Shown: piece by piece, positions 14,002 through 22,248 of the stretch
Numbering within the stretch: position 1 is the first letter of the stretch
Layout of the letters: each line of letters opens with the position of its first letter
Virus record (IMG/VR): IMGVR_UViG_2802429218_000003
Coordinates: 1 to 27,801 of that record
DNA length: 27,801 nt
Source of the DNA: a virus
Taxonomy: Duplodnaviria; Heunggongvirae; Uroviricota; Caudoviricetes
Strand: one strand, 5' to 3'
Notes under the pieces: generated by a model
What the model was told of the DNA's origin: nothing
What the model saw: the letters and a program-made list of their open reading frames with translations, nothing else
Database searches by the model: none
Made by a program: the position numbers and the translations under genes

Positions 14002-14225
14002 TGTTCATTCCACGGCCAAAAACAGAGAAAGGAAACGACAAAGGCCCAAAAGTTCGTTTTCAGCACCTGTCGTTTCCTTTCTTTTCAGGGGGTGTTTTAA
14101 ATAAAAACATTAGGTTACGGCGAAGAAGAACGGAAACGCCTTAAACCGGAAAATTTTCATAAATAGCGAAAACCCGCGCGCCTGACGCCCCGTAGCCTGC
14201 CGGATCGCTGGAAAGGACCCACAAA
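14002..14225 (-). other. cos: cos region (cosB, cosN, cosQ) upstream of Nu1
   Basis: Minus-strand sequence between Nu1 and 14220 aligns with the recalled lambda left-end/right-end junction (TTTTCGCTATTTATGAAAATTTTCCGG...); the position equivalent to the lambda 12-nt cohesive end is 14179-14190. Confidence 0.7.
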
Positions 14226-14240
14226 TGATAATAATTATCA
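14226..14240. promoter_or_regulatory. Perfect 7-1-7 palindrome TGATAAT-A-ATTATCA (Fur-box-like)
   Basis: Sequence read directly; it matches the textbook Fur-box core. It lies about 40 bp from the putative cosN and about 150 bp upstream of the 14389 ORF. Confidence 0.4.
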
Positions 14241-14388
14241 TCTACATGTCACAACGTGCATCTACGCCATCAAACCACGTCAAATAATCAATTATGACGC
14301 AGGTATCGTATTAATTGATCTGCATCAACTTAACGTAAAAACAACTTCAGACAATACAAATCAGCGACACTGAATACGGGACAACCTC

Positions 14389-14583
14389 ATGTCAACGAAG
14401 AACAGAACCCGCAGAACAACAACCCGCAACATCCGCTTTCCTAACCAAATGATTGAACAAATTAACATCGCTCTTGATCAAAAAGGGTCCGGGAATTTCT
14501 CAGCCTTGGTCATTGAAGCCTGCCGTCGGAGACTAACGTCAGAAAAGAGAGCATATACATCAATTAAAAGTGATGAAGAATGA
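14389..14583 (+). CDS. Small ribbon-helix-helix-like protein (lambda right-end ORF; YlcI/DUF3950-like)
   Basis: 64-aa ORF; the pattern RNIRFPNQMIEQINIALDQKG-GNFSALVIEACRRRL fits a beta-strand plus two helices of an RHH fold; an equivalent ORF is recalled at the lambda right end. Confidence 0.6.
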   Translation: MSTKNRTRRTTTRNIRFPNQMIEQINIALDQKGSGNFSALVIEACRRRLTSEKRAYTSIKSDEE

Positions 14584-14747
14584 ACATCCCGCGTTCTTCC
14601 CTCCGAACAGGACGATATTGTAAATTCACTTAATTACGAGGGCATTGCAGTAATTGAGTTGCAGTTTTACCACTTTCCTGACAGTGACAGACTGCGTGTT
14701 GGCTCTGTCACAGGCTAAATAGTTTGAATGATTAGCAGTTATGGTGA

Positions 14748-14954
14748 TCAGTCAACCACCAGGGAATAATCCTTCATATTATTATCGTGCTTCACCAACG
14801 CTGCCTCAATTGCTCTGAATGCTTCCAGAGACACCTTATGTTCTATACATGCAATTACAACATCAGGGTAACTCATAGAAATGGTGCTATTAAGCATATT
14901 TTTTACACGAATCAGATCCACGGAGGGATCATCAGCAGATTGTTCTGTATTCAT
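14748..14954 (-). CDS. Hypothetical 68-aa protein (lambda right-end ORF; YbcW-like)
   Basis: 68-aa ORF convergent with the RHH gene; an equivalent ORF is recalled in lambda and DLP12. Confidence 0.5.
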   Translation of the reverse strand: MNTEQSADDPSVDLIRVKNMLNSTISMSYPDVVIACIEHKVSLEAFRAIEAALVKHDNNMKDYSLVVD

Positions 14955-15238
14955 TTTGTCGCTCCATGCGCTTGCTCTTCATCTAGCGGTTAAAATATTA
15001 CTTCAAATCTTTCTGTATGAAGATTTGAGCACGTTGGCCTTACATACATCTGTCGGTTGTATTTCCCTCCAGAATGCCAGCAGGACCGCACTTTGTTACG
15101 CAACCAATACTATTAAGTGAAAACATTCCTAATATTTGACATAAATCATCAACAAAACACAAAGAGGTCAGACCAGATTGAAACGATAAAAACGATCTTG
15201 CAAACTACGCACTCTCATATCATATGGAAGGTTTATCT

Positions 15239-15649
15239 ATGGATCAGGTAGTCATTTTTAAACAAATATTTGATAAAGTTCGAAACGATTTAAACTATCA
15301 ATGGTTTTATTCTGAGCTAAAACGTCACAATGTCTCACATTACATTTACTATTTAGCCACAGAGAATGTTCATATTGTATTAAAAAATGATAATATAGTG
15401 TTATTAAAGGGCCTAAAAAACATTGTGTCTGTCAAATTTTCAAAGGATAGGCATCTTATAGAAACGACCTCTAATAAGCTGAAATCCAGAGAGATCACAT
15501 TTCAGGAATACAGAAGAAACCTTGCTAAAGCAGGAGTTTTTCGGTGGGTTACAAATATCCACGAACAAAAAAGATATTACTATACCTTTGATAAATCATT
15601 ACTCTTTACTGAAAACATACAGAGCACATCACAAATATTTCCACACTAA
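15239..15649 (+). CDS. Hypothetical protein, DUF1398/YbcV-like
   Basis: Track ORF 15224-15649; second Met at 15239 has a GAAGG Shine-Dalgarno and gives 136 aa; AT-rich; a lambda right-end ORF is recalled as similar but not identical. Confidence 0.6.
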   Translation: MDQVVIFKQIFDKVRNDLNYQWFYSELKRHNVSHYIYYLATENVHIVLKNDNIVLLKGLKNIVSVKFSKDRHLIETTSNKLKSREITFQEYRRNLAKAGVFRWVTNIHEQKRYYYTFDKSLLFTENIQSTSQIFPH

Positions 15650-15968
15650 ACCATAACGTCCGGTTTCTTCTACCCCAGCACCGGACTGGCTGACATGAAG
15701 AGCAACCCCGCGTTCAGTTGACGTGTTAATAACCCGGTGTACATCGTTTTTGATTATTCCCCCACACTTGTGCAGAAGGAGTTCCCCGTCAGGCTACAGT
15801 CATAATTAATGCAAGAGTACAGCGACGATACAGCGCACAGAAATAAATCAGGTATCCATTGACTTCACAAAGACGGTGCATAGCATCGACAGGAGTAATT
15901 GCGTAAATTGAACTCTTGGCACACTTTAGCCACCGGCGAATCTTCAGCGGATTATCCTTGGCCGGTTT

Positions 15969-16433
15969 TTATCTGAGGCATTGCTCTCGAATGTATAGCT
16001 GTGCCCCTTCAAGTTGTTTTTGCATTATTATCAGTCGCTCTCTGAGGGTGAAATAATCCCGTTCAGCGGTGTCTGCCAGTCGGGGGGAGGCTGCATTATC
16101 CACGCCGGAGGCGGTGGTGGCTTCACGCACTGACTGACAGACTGCTTTGATGTGCAACCGACGACGACCAGCGGCAACATCATCACGCAGAGCATCATTT
16201 TCAGCTTTCGCATCAGCTAACTCCTTCGTGTGTTTTGCATCGAGCGCAGCAACATCACGCTGACGCATCTGCATGTCAGTAATTGCCACGTTCGCCAGCT
16301 TCAGTTCTCTGGCATTTTTGTCGCGCTGGGCTTTGTATGTAATGGCGTTATCACGGTAATGATTAACCGCCCATGACAGGCAGACGATGATGCAAATAAC
16401 CAGAGCGGAGATAATCGCGGTTACTCTGCTCAT
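15969..16433 (-). CDS. Rz: Spanin inner-membrane subunit Rz
   Basis: 154-aa ORF matching recalled lambda Rz ([48 protein letters not shown]...). Confidence 0.95.
   Translation of the reverse strand: MSRVTAIISALVICIIVCLSWAVNHYRDNAITYKAQRDKNARELKLANVAITDMQMRQRDVAALDAKHTKELADAKAENDALRDDVAAGRRRLHIKAVCQSVREATTASGVDNAASPRLADTAERDYFTLRERLIIMQKQLEGAQLYIREQCLR
16031..16213 (-). CDS. Rz1: Spanin outer-membrane lipoprotein Rz1 (embedded in Rz, +1 frame)
   Basis: 60-aa ORF with lipobox (LVVVGC) and proline-rich stretch, nested within Rz exactly as in lambda. Confidence 0.85.
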   Translation of the reverse strand: MRKLKMMLCVMMLPLVVVGCTSKQSVSQCVKPPPPPAWIMQPPPDWQTPLNGIISPSESD

Positions 16434-16906
16434 ACCTCAATCTCTCTGACCGTTCCGCCAGCTTCTTTGAATTTTGCAATCAGGCTGTCAGTCTTATGCT
16501 CGAACTGACCATAACCAGCGCCCGGCAGTGAAGCCCAGATATTGCTGCAACGGTCGATTGCCTGACGAATATCACCGCGGTCAATCATCGGTAAAGCGCC
16601 ACGCTCTTTAATCTGCTGCAATGCCACAGCGTCCTGACTTTTGGGAGAGAAGTCTTTCAGGCCAAGCTGCTTACGATAGGCATCCCACCAACGGGAAAGA
16701 AGCTGGTAACGTCCGGCTGCTGTTGATTTGAGTTTTGGGTTTAGCGTGACAAGTTTGCGAGGGTGATCGGAGTAATCAGTGAATAGCTCTCCGCCAACAA
16801 TGACGTCATAACCATGATTTCTGGTTTTCTGTCTTCCGTTATCAGTTCCCTCTGACCACGCCAGCATATCGAGGAACGCCTTACGTTGATTATTGATTTC
16901 CACCAT
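16430..16906 (-). CDS. R: Endolysin R (lytic transglycosylase)
   Basis: 158-aa ORF matching recalled lambda R ([42 protein letters not shown]...). Confidence 0.95.
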   Translation of the reverse strand: MVEINNQRKAFLDMLAWSEGTDNGRQKTRNHGYDVIVGGELFTDYSDHPRKLVTLNPKLKSTAAGRYQLLSRWWDAYRKQLGLKDFSPKSQDAVALQQIKERGALPMIDRGDIRQAIDRCSNIWASLPGAGYGQFEHKTDSLIAKFKEAGGTVREIEV

Positions 16907-17213
16907 CTTCTACTCCGGCTTTTTTAGCAGCGAAGCGTTTGATAAGCGAACCAATCGAGTCAGTACCGATGTAGCCGATGAACACGCTCGTTATATAAGC
17001 GAGATTGCTACTTAGTCCGGCGAAGTCGAGAAGGTCACGAATGAACCAGGCGATAATGGCGCACATCGTTGCGTCGATTACTGTTTTTGTAAACGCACCG
17101 CCATTATATCTGCCGCGAAGGTACGCCATTGCAAACGCAAGGAATGCCCCGATGCCTTGTTCCTTTGCCGCGAGAATGGCGGCTAACAGGTCATGTTTTT
17201 CTGGCATCTTCAT
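16890..17213 (-). CDS. S: Holin/antiholin S (dual start MKM)
   Basis: 107-aa ORF matching recalled lambda S including the Met1-Lys2-Met3 dual-start motif. Confidence 0.95.
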   Translation of the reverse strand: MKMPEKHDLLAAILAAKEQGIGAFLAFAMAYLRGRYNGGAFTKTVIDATMCAIIAWFIRDLLDFAGLSSNLAYITSVFIGYIGTDSIGSLIKRFAAKKAGVEDGGNQ

Positions 17214-17454
17214 GTCTTACCCCCAATAAGGGGATTTGCTCTATTTAATTAGGAATAAGGTCGATTACTGATAGAACAAATCCAGGCTACTGTGTTTAGT
17301 AATCAGATTTGTTCGTGACCGATATGCACGGGCAAAACGGCATGAGGTTGTTAGCGCAACCTCCTGCCACCCGCTTTCACGAGGCCATGTGTAGAAGGCC
17401 GCAGCGTAACTATCACTGATGAGTTCAGGATAGCCAGTGGCTACGGCTCAGTTA

Positions 17455-17530
17455 TGGTGCTGGTTAACGGACTTGAACCGCTACCCATTCGCTTACAAGG
17501 CGACTGCTCTACCATTGGAGCTAAACCAGC
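17455..17530 (-). tRNA. tRNA-like gene, anticodon UGU (Thr-like)
   Basis: 76-nt minus-strand sequence folds as a cloverleaf: acceptor stem GCTGGTT/AACCAGC (7 bp), D-stem GCTC/GAGC, anticodon loop CTTGTAA, T-arm AGCGG-TTCAAGT-CCGTT, 3' ACCA. Confidence 0.65.
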
Positions 17531-17535
17531 ATATT

Positions 17536-17610
17536 TGGCGGGACAGCGTGGACTCGAACCACGATAAGAAGGTTAACAGCCTTCCGTAATGACCTTTATA
17601 CGACTGACCC
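17536..17610 (-). tRNA. tRNA-like gene, anticodon GUU (Asn-like); possibly degenerate
   Basis: 75-nt minus-strand sequence: T-arm CGTGG-TTCGAGT-CCACG, anticodon stem GAAGG/CCTTC with loop CTGTTAA, 3' GCCA; acceptor stem has one T-T mismatch and the D-stem is weak. Confidence 0.5.
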
Positions 17611-17611
17611 A

Positions 17612-17670
17612 AATAAAAAATCCCGAAACCGTTGTGCAGGCTCTAACTATTACCTGCGAACTGTTTCGGG
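17612..17670 (-). terminator. tR' late terminator (3' end of the 6S pR' leader RNA)
   Basis: Minus-strand long hairpin CCCGAAAC...GTTTCGGG followed by ATTTTTTAT; aligns with the recalled lambda tR' region. Confidence 0.7.
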
Positions 17671-17806
17671 ATTGCATTTTGCAGACCTCTCAGCCTGCGA
17701 TGGTTGGAGTTCCAGACGATACGTCGAAGTGACCAACTAGGCGGAATCGGTAGTAAGCGCCGCCTCTTTTCATCTCACTACCACAACGAGCGAATTAACC
17801 CATCGT
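17671..17806 (-). ncRNA. pR'-initiated 6S leader RNA body (approximate start; terminates at tR')
   Basis: Region between pR' and tR' aligns with the recalled lambda 6S RNA/qut region; the total leader to the tR' end is about 194 nt. Confidence 0.5.
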
Positions 17807-17813
17807 TGAGTCA

Positions 17814-17842
17814 AATTTACCCAACTTTATTCAATAAGTCAA
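17814..17842 (-). promoter_or_regulatory. Late promoter pR' (-35 TTGACT, 17-bp spacer, -10 TAAATT), overlapping qut
   Basis: Minus-strand hexamers read directly with 17-bp spacing about 45 bp downstream of the Q stop; matches recalled lambda pR'. Confidence 0.65.
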
Positions 17843-17884
17843 TATCATGCCGTTAATATGTTGCCATCCGTGGCAATCATGCTG

Positions 17885-18508
17885 CTAACGTGTGACCGCA
17901 TTCAATATGTTGTCTGCGATTGACTCTTCTTTGTGGCATTGCACCACCAGAGCGTCATACAGCGGCTTAACAGTGCGTGACCAGGTGGGTTGAGTAAGGT
18001 TTGGGATTAGCATCGTTACAGCGCGATATGCGGCGCTTGCTGGCATTCTTGAATAGCCGACACCTTTGCATCTTCCGCATTCTTTCTCAACAACTCTCCC
18101 CCACAGCTCTGTTTTGGCAATATCAACCGCACGGCCTGTACCGTGGCAATCTCTGCATCTTGCGCCCGGCGTCGCAGCACTACGGCAATAATCCGCATAA
18201 GCGAATGTTGCGAGAACTTGCAGTACCTTTGCCTTAGTATTTCCTTCAAGCTTTGCCACACCACGGTATTTCCCCGATACCTTGTGTGCAAATTGCATCA
18301 GATAGTTGATAGCCTTTTGTTTGTCGTTCTGGCTGAGTTCGTGCTTACCACAGAATGCAGCCATTCCGAATCCGGCTTGTGATTGCGCCATCCCCATAGC
18401 AGCCATCACATCAGTACCGGAAAGAGAGTCAGAGGCCGTAGCCCGTGGTGAGTCGCTCATCATCGGGCTTTTTGGCGAATGATATTTAGCTACGCTTTCG
18501 AGTCTCAT
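17885..18508 (-). CDS. Q: Late gene antiterminator Q
   Basis: 207-aa ORF matching recalled lambda Q in length and sequence. Confidence 0.95.
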   Translation of the reverse strand: MRLESVAKYHSPKSPMMSDSPRATASDSLSGTDVMAAMGMAQSQAGFGMAAFCGKHELSQNDKQKAINYLMQFAHKVSGKYRGVAKLEGNTKAKVLQVLATFAYADYCRSAATPGARCRDCHGTGRAVDIAKTELWGRVVEKECGRCKGVGYSRMPASAAYRAVTMLIPNLTQPTWSRTVKPLYDALVVQCHKEESIADNILNAVTR

Positions 18509-19170
18509 GCGACTTCTCCCTGTACCTGAATCAATGTGAGGTTTCCGCAGAACACTGCGCCGGTATCGATATACATCTGGTTGGCAAATTTGAGTGGTTT
18601 CACTGCTGGCGTATGACCAAAGATGAACGTGTCCGCGCCTTTGATTTCTTTCACGATCCCGTCTTGTGAGTTGCTGATTCGTTCGCGGTTCCAGATTACC
18701 TGCTGATGATCAACTGGCTTTCCAAACTCGTATTCGTCACAAGGATAATCGGCGTGGCAGATGACATATTTTTTATCTTTGCTCACCAGTTCGATGATTA
18801 ACGGAAGTTCATCTTCTTTATGGGCAAGAGCTTTAGCCAGAATTTCTTTGTCGTAATCGAGATTAAAGAACCAGCCACCGCTATTAAGCAGCCAGTGATT
18901 GACGTTTCCACGCTCTGATAAGCCATCAATCATCATTTGCTCATGGTTTCCACGTACAGCTCTGAACCAGGGGAATGTGATTAATTCCAGACATTCGACG
19001 TTCTCTGTACCGCGATCAACCAAATCGCCCACCGAGATAAGCAGGTCTTTTTTGGTGTCGAATCCTATCGTCTCCAGTTTTTTCATCAGGTTCGTGTAGC
19101 ATCCGTGCAGATCGCCAACTACCCAAATATTTCGGTATTTGCTGCCATCAATTTTTTCGTAATAGCGCAT
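18505..19170 (-). CDS. ninI: Ser/Thr protein phosphatase NinI (lambda orf221)
   Basis: Internal Met at 19168-19170 gives 221 aa ([24 protein letters not shown]...) with calcineurin-like phosphoesterase motifs GDLHG, GDLVDRG and GNHE. Confidence 0.9.
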   Translation of the reverse strand: MRYYEKIDGSKYRNIWVVGDLHGCYTNLMKKLETIGFDTKKDLLISVGDLVDRGTENVECLELITFPWFRAVRGNHEQMMIDGLSERGNVNHWLLNSGGWFFNLDYDKEILAKALAHKEDELPLIIELVSKDKKYVICHADYPCDEYEFGKPVDHQQVIWNRERISNSQDGIVKEIKGADTFIFGHTPAVKPLKFANQMYIDTGAVFCGNLTLIQVQGEVA

Positions 19171-19354
19171 CTCTTTCACTCCATCCGCGATGAACCATGA
19201 GAACGTCGTTGACGATGGCGTGCATTTTCCCGTCTTTATCATCAACGTATTTTCTGACCGTACCGCGACTACATTTCAGTCTGCGTGCTACTTCTGTCTG
19301 GTTTCCGTATGCTTCAACGAGCATGTCTGGAATGGTTTTTACTGAGAACGTCAT
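19148..19354 (-). CDS. ninH: NinH
   Basis: 68-aa ORF, lambda NinH length and position. Confidence 0.85.
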   Translation of the reverse strand: MTFSVKTIPDMLVEAYGNQTEVARRLKCSRGTVRKYVDDKDGKMHAIVNDVLMVHRGWSERDALLRKN

Positions 19355-19962
19355 GCGGCCTCACTTCTGCTATTTCGCAGGTCTTTGAGTTTCTGCTGAT
19401 ACTCCGCCTTGATGGCCCTGCACTCTTCGACAGTCCAGCGATGGCGGTTATGGTTTGATTCGATTTCGTCTACTGCTTCCTGCCCGATGCGATTAATCAG
19501 TTCGACGCGATACGGAACGAGATTTCCGCTTTTGTGCTGGTTGCACACCACGCATTGCTTGTGAATATTGCGTTCATCAAATCGGAGTTGAGGTGCCGCA
19601 GCAGTTGTCCGGTAATGTCCGGCATCCCACTGAGCAGACGTGAGCGTTCCGCACGAGATACATGGTAAGTCGCGGTCTCTTTCTCTGATGAAGGCGTTTA
19701 CGGCTTGTTGGGCTTGTTTAATCCAGTAACTGCGGGGCTTTAAGGCGAGTTTTCGAATCTTAAGTTTATCTTTCTGTCTCTGATCCTCTCGTCGTCGTTT
19801 CTTCTCTGCTGCTTTTTCCGCTTTTTCGCGTTCTTTACTTCGTCGTTCGAGTGCTATCTTGGTTCCACACTCTGGAGAGCACCACCACTGATTAGCGAAT
19901 GCAGGGTGAAACCATTCCCGACATTCATCGTTTTTACATCGTCTTCGCGCTGGTTTAGCCAT
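19351..19962 (-). CDS. ninG: NinG (Rap) recombination-promoting nuclease
   Basis: 203-aa ORF with cysteine clusters; matches recalled lambda NinG (204 aa). Confidence 0.9.
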   Translation of the reverse strand: MAKPARRRCKNDECREWFHPAFANQWWCSPECGTKIALERRSKEREKAEKAAEKKRRREDQRQKDKLKIRKLALKPRSYWIKQAQQAVNAFIRERDRDLPCISCGTLTSAQWDAGHYRTTAAAPQLRFDERNIHKQCVVCNQHKSGNLVPYRVELINRIGQEAVDEIESNHNRHRWTVEECRAIKAEYQQKLKDLRNSRSEAA

Positions 19963-20131
19963 CGTCTTCTTCCTCGTACATTGAGCTATTCGGATCGCTC
20001 ATCAGTTCTGCGCAGCAGTGCTCACACACATGAACTTCCAGCACATGCAGCTTCTGACTGCAGTTAGCGCACGTTAAAGCCCGCTCGACGCTTTCTTTCT
20101 GGTATTGAAGGGATTGGGATGGGCTAAGCAT
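19955..20131 (-). CDS. ninF: NinF
   Basis: Track ORF is 76 aa; Met at 20129-20131 gives 58 aa ([24 protein letters not shown]...) equal to lambda NinF; the start could also be Met at 20141-20143. Confidence 0.75.
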   Translation of the reverse strand: MLSPSQSLQYQKESVERALTCANCSQKLHVLEVHVCEHCCAELMSDPNSSMYEEEDDG

Positions 20132-20531
20132 GGCTTTCACCATTAAAAAGTCGCTTGTAAGCATCAATGTCTCGTTTTGCTTCACCGAGCTTTCGTCTTA
20201 ATTCCATGTTTTCTGATTCAAGCTTTTCCATGTCTTGTTGGTATCGATCGCGGTGTTCTTTCCATGCTTTTCGATACGCCTTCATGTATGTCGTATTGGC
20301 CTTTCTCTTTGCCTGACGAACCGCATGGTGGTTTTTCACAAACCAGTCAGGGTCGTTAAATGCTGCTCTGGCGCATGTATACCAATAATTTGTTGCCTCC
20401 CTGTTTAGCCAATAAATACTGATAAATGGCAACCGGATAGACACCATTTTTCGTTGTGACTCTTTCTCGCCAAACATGTGTCCTTTTTTGATGCTAAGGC
20501 CAAATCCAGGTTGAATTAAAAGCATTGTCAT
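20124..20531 (-). CDS. Hypothetical protein (135 aa) inserted between ninE and ninF
   Basis: Track ORF is 147 aa; ATG at 20529-20531 overlaps the ninE stop (ATGA coupling) giving 135 aa; basic region and C-terminal heptad-like stretch; no recognisable lambda counterpart. Confidence 0.6.
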   Translation of the reverse strand: MTMLLIQPGFGLSIKKGHMFGEKESQRKMVSIRLPFISIYWLNREATNYWYTCARAAFNDPDWFVKNHHAVRQAKRKANTTYMKAYRKAWKEHRDRYQQDMEKLESENMELRRKLGEAKRDIDAYKRLFNGESHA

Positions 20532-20704
20532 TTCCTCGCACGATGTCTTAGCCACCGGATATCCCACAGGTGAGCCGTGTAGTTGAAGGTTTTTACGTCA
20601 GATTCTTTTGGGATTGGCTTGCGTTTATTTCTGGAGCGTTTCGTTGGAAGGTATTTGCAGTTTTCACAGATTATGTCGGTGATGCTTCGTCGCTGTCGCC
20701 TCAT
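20528..20704 (-). CDS. ninE: NinE
   Basis: Met at 20702-20704 gives 58 aa ([30 protein letters not shown]...) matching recalled lambda NinE; start overlaps the stop of the methyltransferase gene. Confidence 0.8.
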   Translation of the reverse strand: MRRQRRSITDIICENCKYLPTKRSRNKRKPIPKESDVKTFNYTAHLWDIRWLRHRARK

Positions 20705-21228
20705 GCCGCCCTCCTGACGCCCCGCCCGATCGCCATCAATGCCGCTTTGGATACGGTAGTAAACATCCGTCGAGGACTGATGAGCGGTCGCCAAATCAGC
20801 AGCATGGAGCCTTTGCTGTTTCCCTTCTTCTCCAGCCCTGTCGATGGTTCGATAAAATTAATCCGTCCATCAGTGATAATGCGAACTTCGTCGACACTCT
20901 CCAGAGCCTTGCTGAACCATCCGACTGACATATCCTCTGGCACAAGCATAACTACCGTCTGTCGCTGTTGTATGCACTGCTCAGCGGCTTTTTCCACCCA
21001 CGGCCTGATATTGCTGTACGGTGGGTTATTCCAGATTGCACCGTGGCTTATCCACTCAGAATTTAGCGCGTCGTCGGCCTCAGTTAGCCAGTGAGCGCAC
21101 AGAGCGTTTTTGTCGCTCGCAGCTGAATCCAGCCAGAATCCAAACTCAATATCCAGCGCATCAAAAAGCCAAAGCGGCGTTTGCCAGCAGTCCTTGTCGT
21201 GTGCTGGCGTATTTGATTTGATAGTCAT
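20701..21228 (-). CDS. Phage DNA N6-adenine methyltransferase (Dam-like)
   Basis: 175 aa from the Met at 21226-21228, which overlaps the ninB stop (ATGA); contains the NPPY catalytic motif of N6-adenine methyltransferases; sits where lambda has ninC/ninD. Confidence 0.85.
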   Translation of the reverse strand: MTIKSNTPAHDKDCWQTPLWLFDALDIEFGFWLDSAASDKNALCAHWLTEADDALNSEWISHGAIWNNPPYSNIRPWVEKAAEQCIQQRQTVVMLVPEDMSVGWFSKALESVDEVRIITDGRINFIEPSTGLEKKGNSKGSMLLIWRPLISPRRMFTTVSKAALMAIGRGVRRAA

Positions 21229-21671
21229 GCAGCCTTCCCTTTTCGTTGTGACCATTCATACTCTCGCCGGGAGTCATCACTCCACCGCACGTTGCGCTCT
21301 GAGCCGAACCAGAACATGATTTCGATAAGCTCAGTCATGCTGGCCTTTCGCATTTTGCTGGTACGCACGCCAAGCATAACAACGCCACCGTCGATACCAG
21401 GCGCACTTCGTTGCTCCAGTTTTTTGGTCTTAAGCCACAGGGCAGTGAACAGGTCTTTCCAGTCCTCCGGCGCAAGTCTCTCTCCATGCCAAAGCACCTG
21501 ACGCGATACGTCCTGCAATAACGCCCACATAAGGCGGTTTTGAGGATTGCTCCGCTTTGGTTCTTTAATGTGGACTTCGTGAGGTGACTTGTCGTCGATC
21601 GGAAGTGAGAGTATTGCGTCTATGGCGTTGTTTCTGATTGCTTCGTTGCGAAGCATGTATATTTGCTTCAT
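21225..21671 (-). CDS. ninB: NinB recombination protein
   Basis: 148-aa ORF; matches recalled lambda NinB (146 aa) in sequence and position. Confidence 0.9.
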   Translation of the reverse strand: MKQIYMLRNEAIRNNAIDAILSLPIDDKSPHEVHIKEPKRSNPQNRLMWALLQDVSRQVLWHGERLAPEDWKDLFTALWLKTKKLEQRSAPGIDGGVVMLGVRTSKMRKASMTELIEIMFWFGSERNVRWSDDSRREYEWSQRKGKAA

Positions 21672-21678
21672 CGTTACC

Positions 21679-21885
21679 TCAACTCACAAAACGCCACGCC
21701 ACTTTTGCTACGACAACAGGCATAACACCGATAATCACCCACAGGAAAATGCTACCGAAAAGCACACCCACCAGGTCTTTACCTTCGCCTACCAACCGGA
21801 CAAAACTGCTGGCAACAACAATGAACGTCGCCACCATCCACATAGCACCGAGAATCCTCAATGCAGAGAAAATTAACTCAGCCAC
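21679..21885 (-). CDS. Small predicted membrane protein (68 aa, two hydrophobic helices), GTG start
   Basis: Track ORF; GTG at 21883-21885 preceded by GGGGGAGGG 8 nt upstream; the two hydrophobic segments are FIVVASSFVRLV and VLFGSIFLWVIIGVMPVVV; absent from lambda between ren and ninB. Confidence 0.55.
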   Translation of the reverse strand: MAELIFSALRILGAMWMVATFIVVASSFVRLVGEGKDLVGVLFGSIFLWVIIGVMPVVVAKVAWRFVS

Positions 21886-21900
21886 GATTTACCCTCCCCC

Positions 21901-21932
21901 AAATAAAAAGGCCTGCGATTACCAGCAGGCCT
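21901..21932 (-). terminator. tR2-like intrinsic terminator downstream of ren
   Basis: Minus-strand 8-bp perfect stem AGGCCTGC/GCAGGCCT with 8-nt loop followed by TTTTATTT. Confidence 0.6.
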
Positions 21933-21957
21933 GTTATTAGCTCAGTAATGTAGATGG

Positions 21958-22248
21958 TCATCTTTTAACTCCATATACCGCCAATACCCGTTTCATCGCG
22001 GCACTCTGGCGACACTCCTTAAAAATCAGGTTCGTGCTCATCTTTCCTTCCCGTTCTTCCCTGGTAGCAAACCGGTAATACACCGTTCGCCAGACCTTAC
22101 CTTCGATAACCAGAAGACCTGCCCGTGCCATTTTAGCCGCGGCCTGATTTATGCTGGTTACTGTTGCGCCTGTTAGCGCGGCAACGTCCGGCGCACAGAA
22201 GCTATTATGCGTCCCCAGGTAATGAATAATTGCCTCTTTGCCCGTCAT
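21958..22248 (-). CDS. ren: Ren (Rex exclusion-resistance protein)
   Basis: 96-aa ORF matching recalled lambda Ren. Confidence 0.9.
   Translation of the reverse strand: MTGKEAIIHYLGTHNSFCAPDVAALTGATVTSINQAAAKMARAGLLVIEGKVWRTVYYRFATREEREGKMSTNLIFKECRQSAAMKRVLAVYGVKR

Noticed and set aside
15650-15968. Expected bor lipoprotein gene next to Rz
   Set aside because: No ORF with a lipoprotein signal (MKK...C) is present on either strand in this interval; bor appears to be absent rather than missed.
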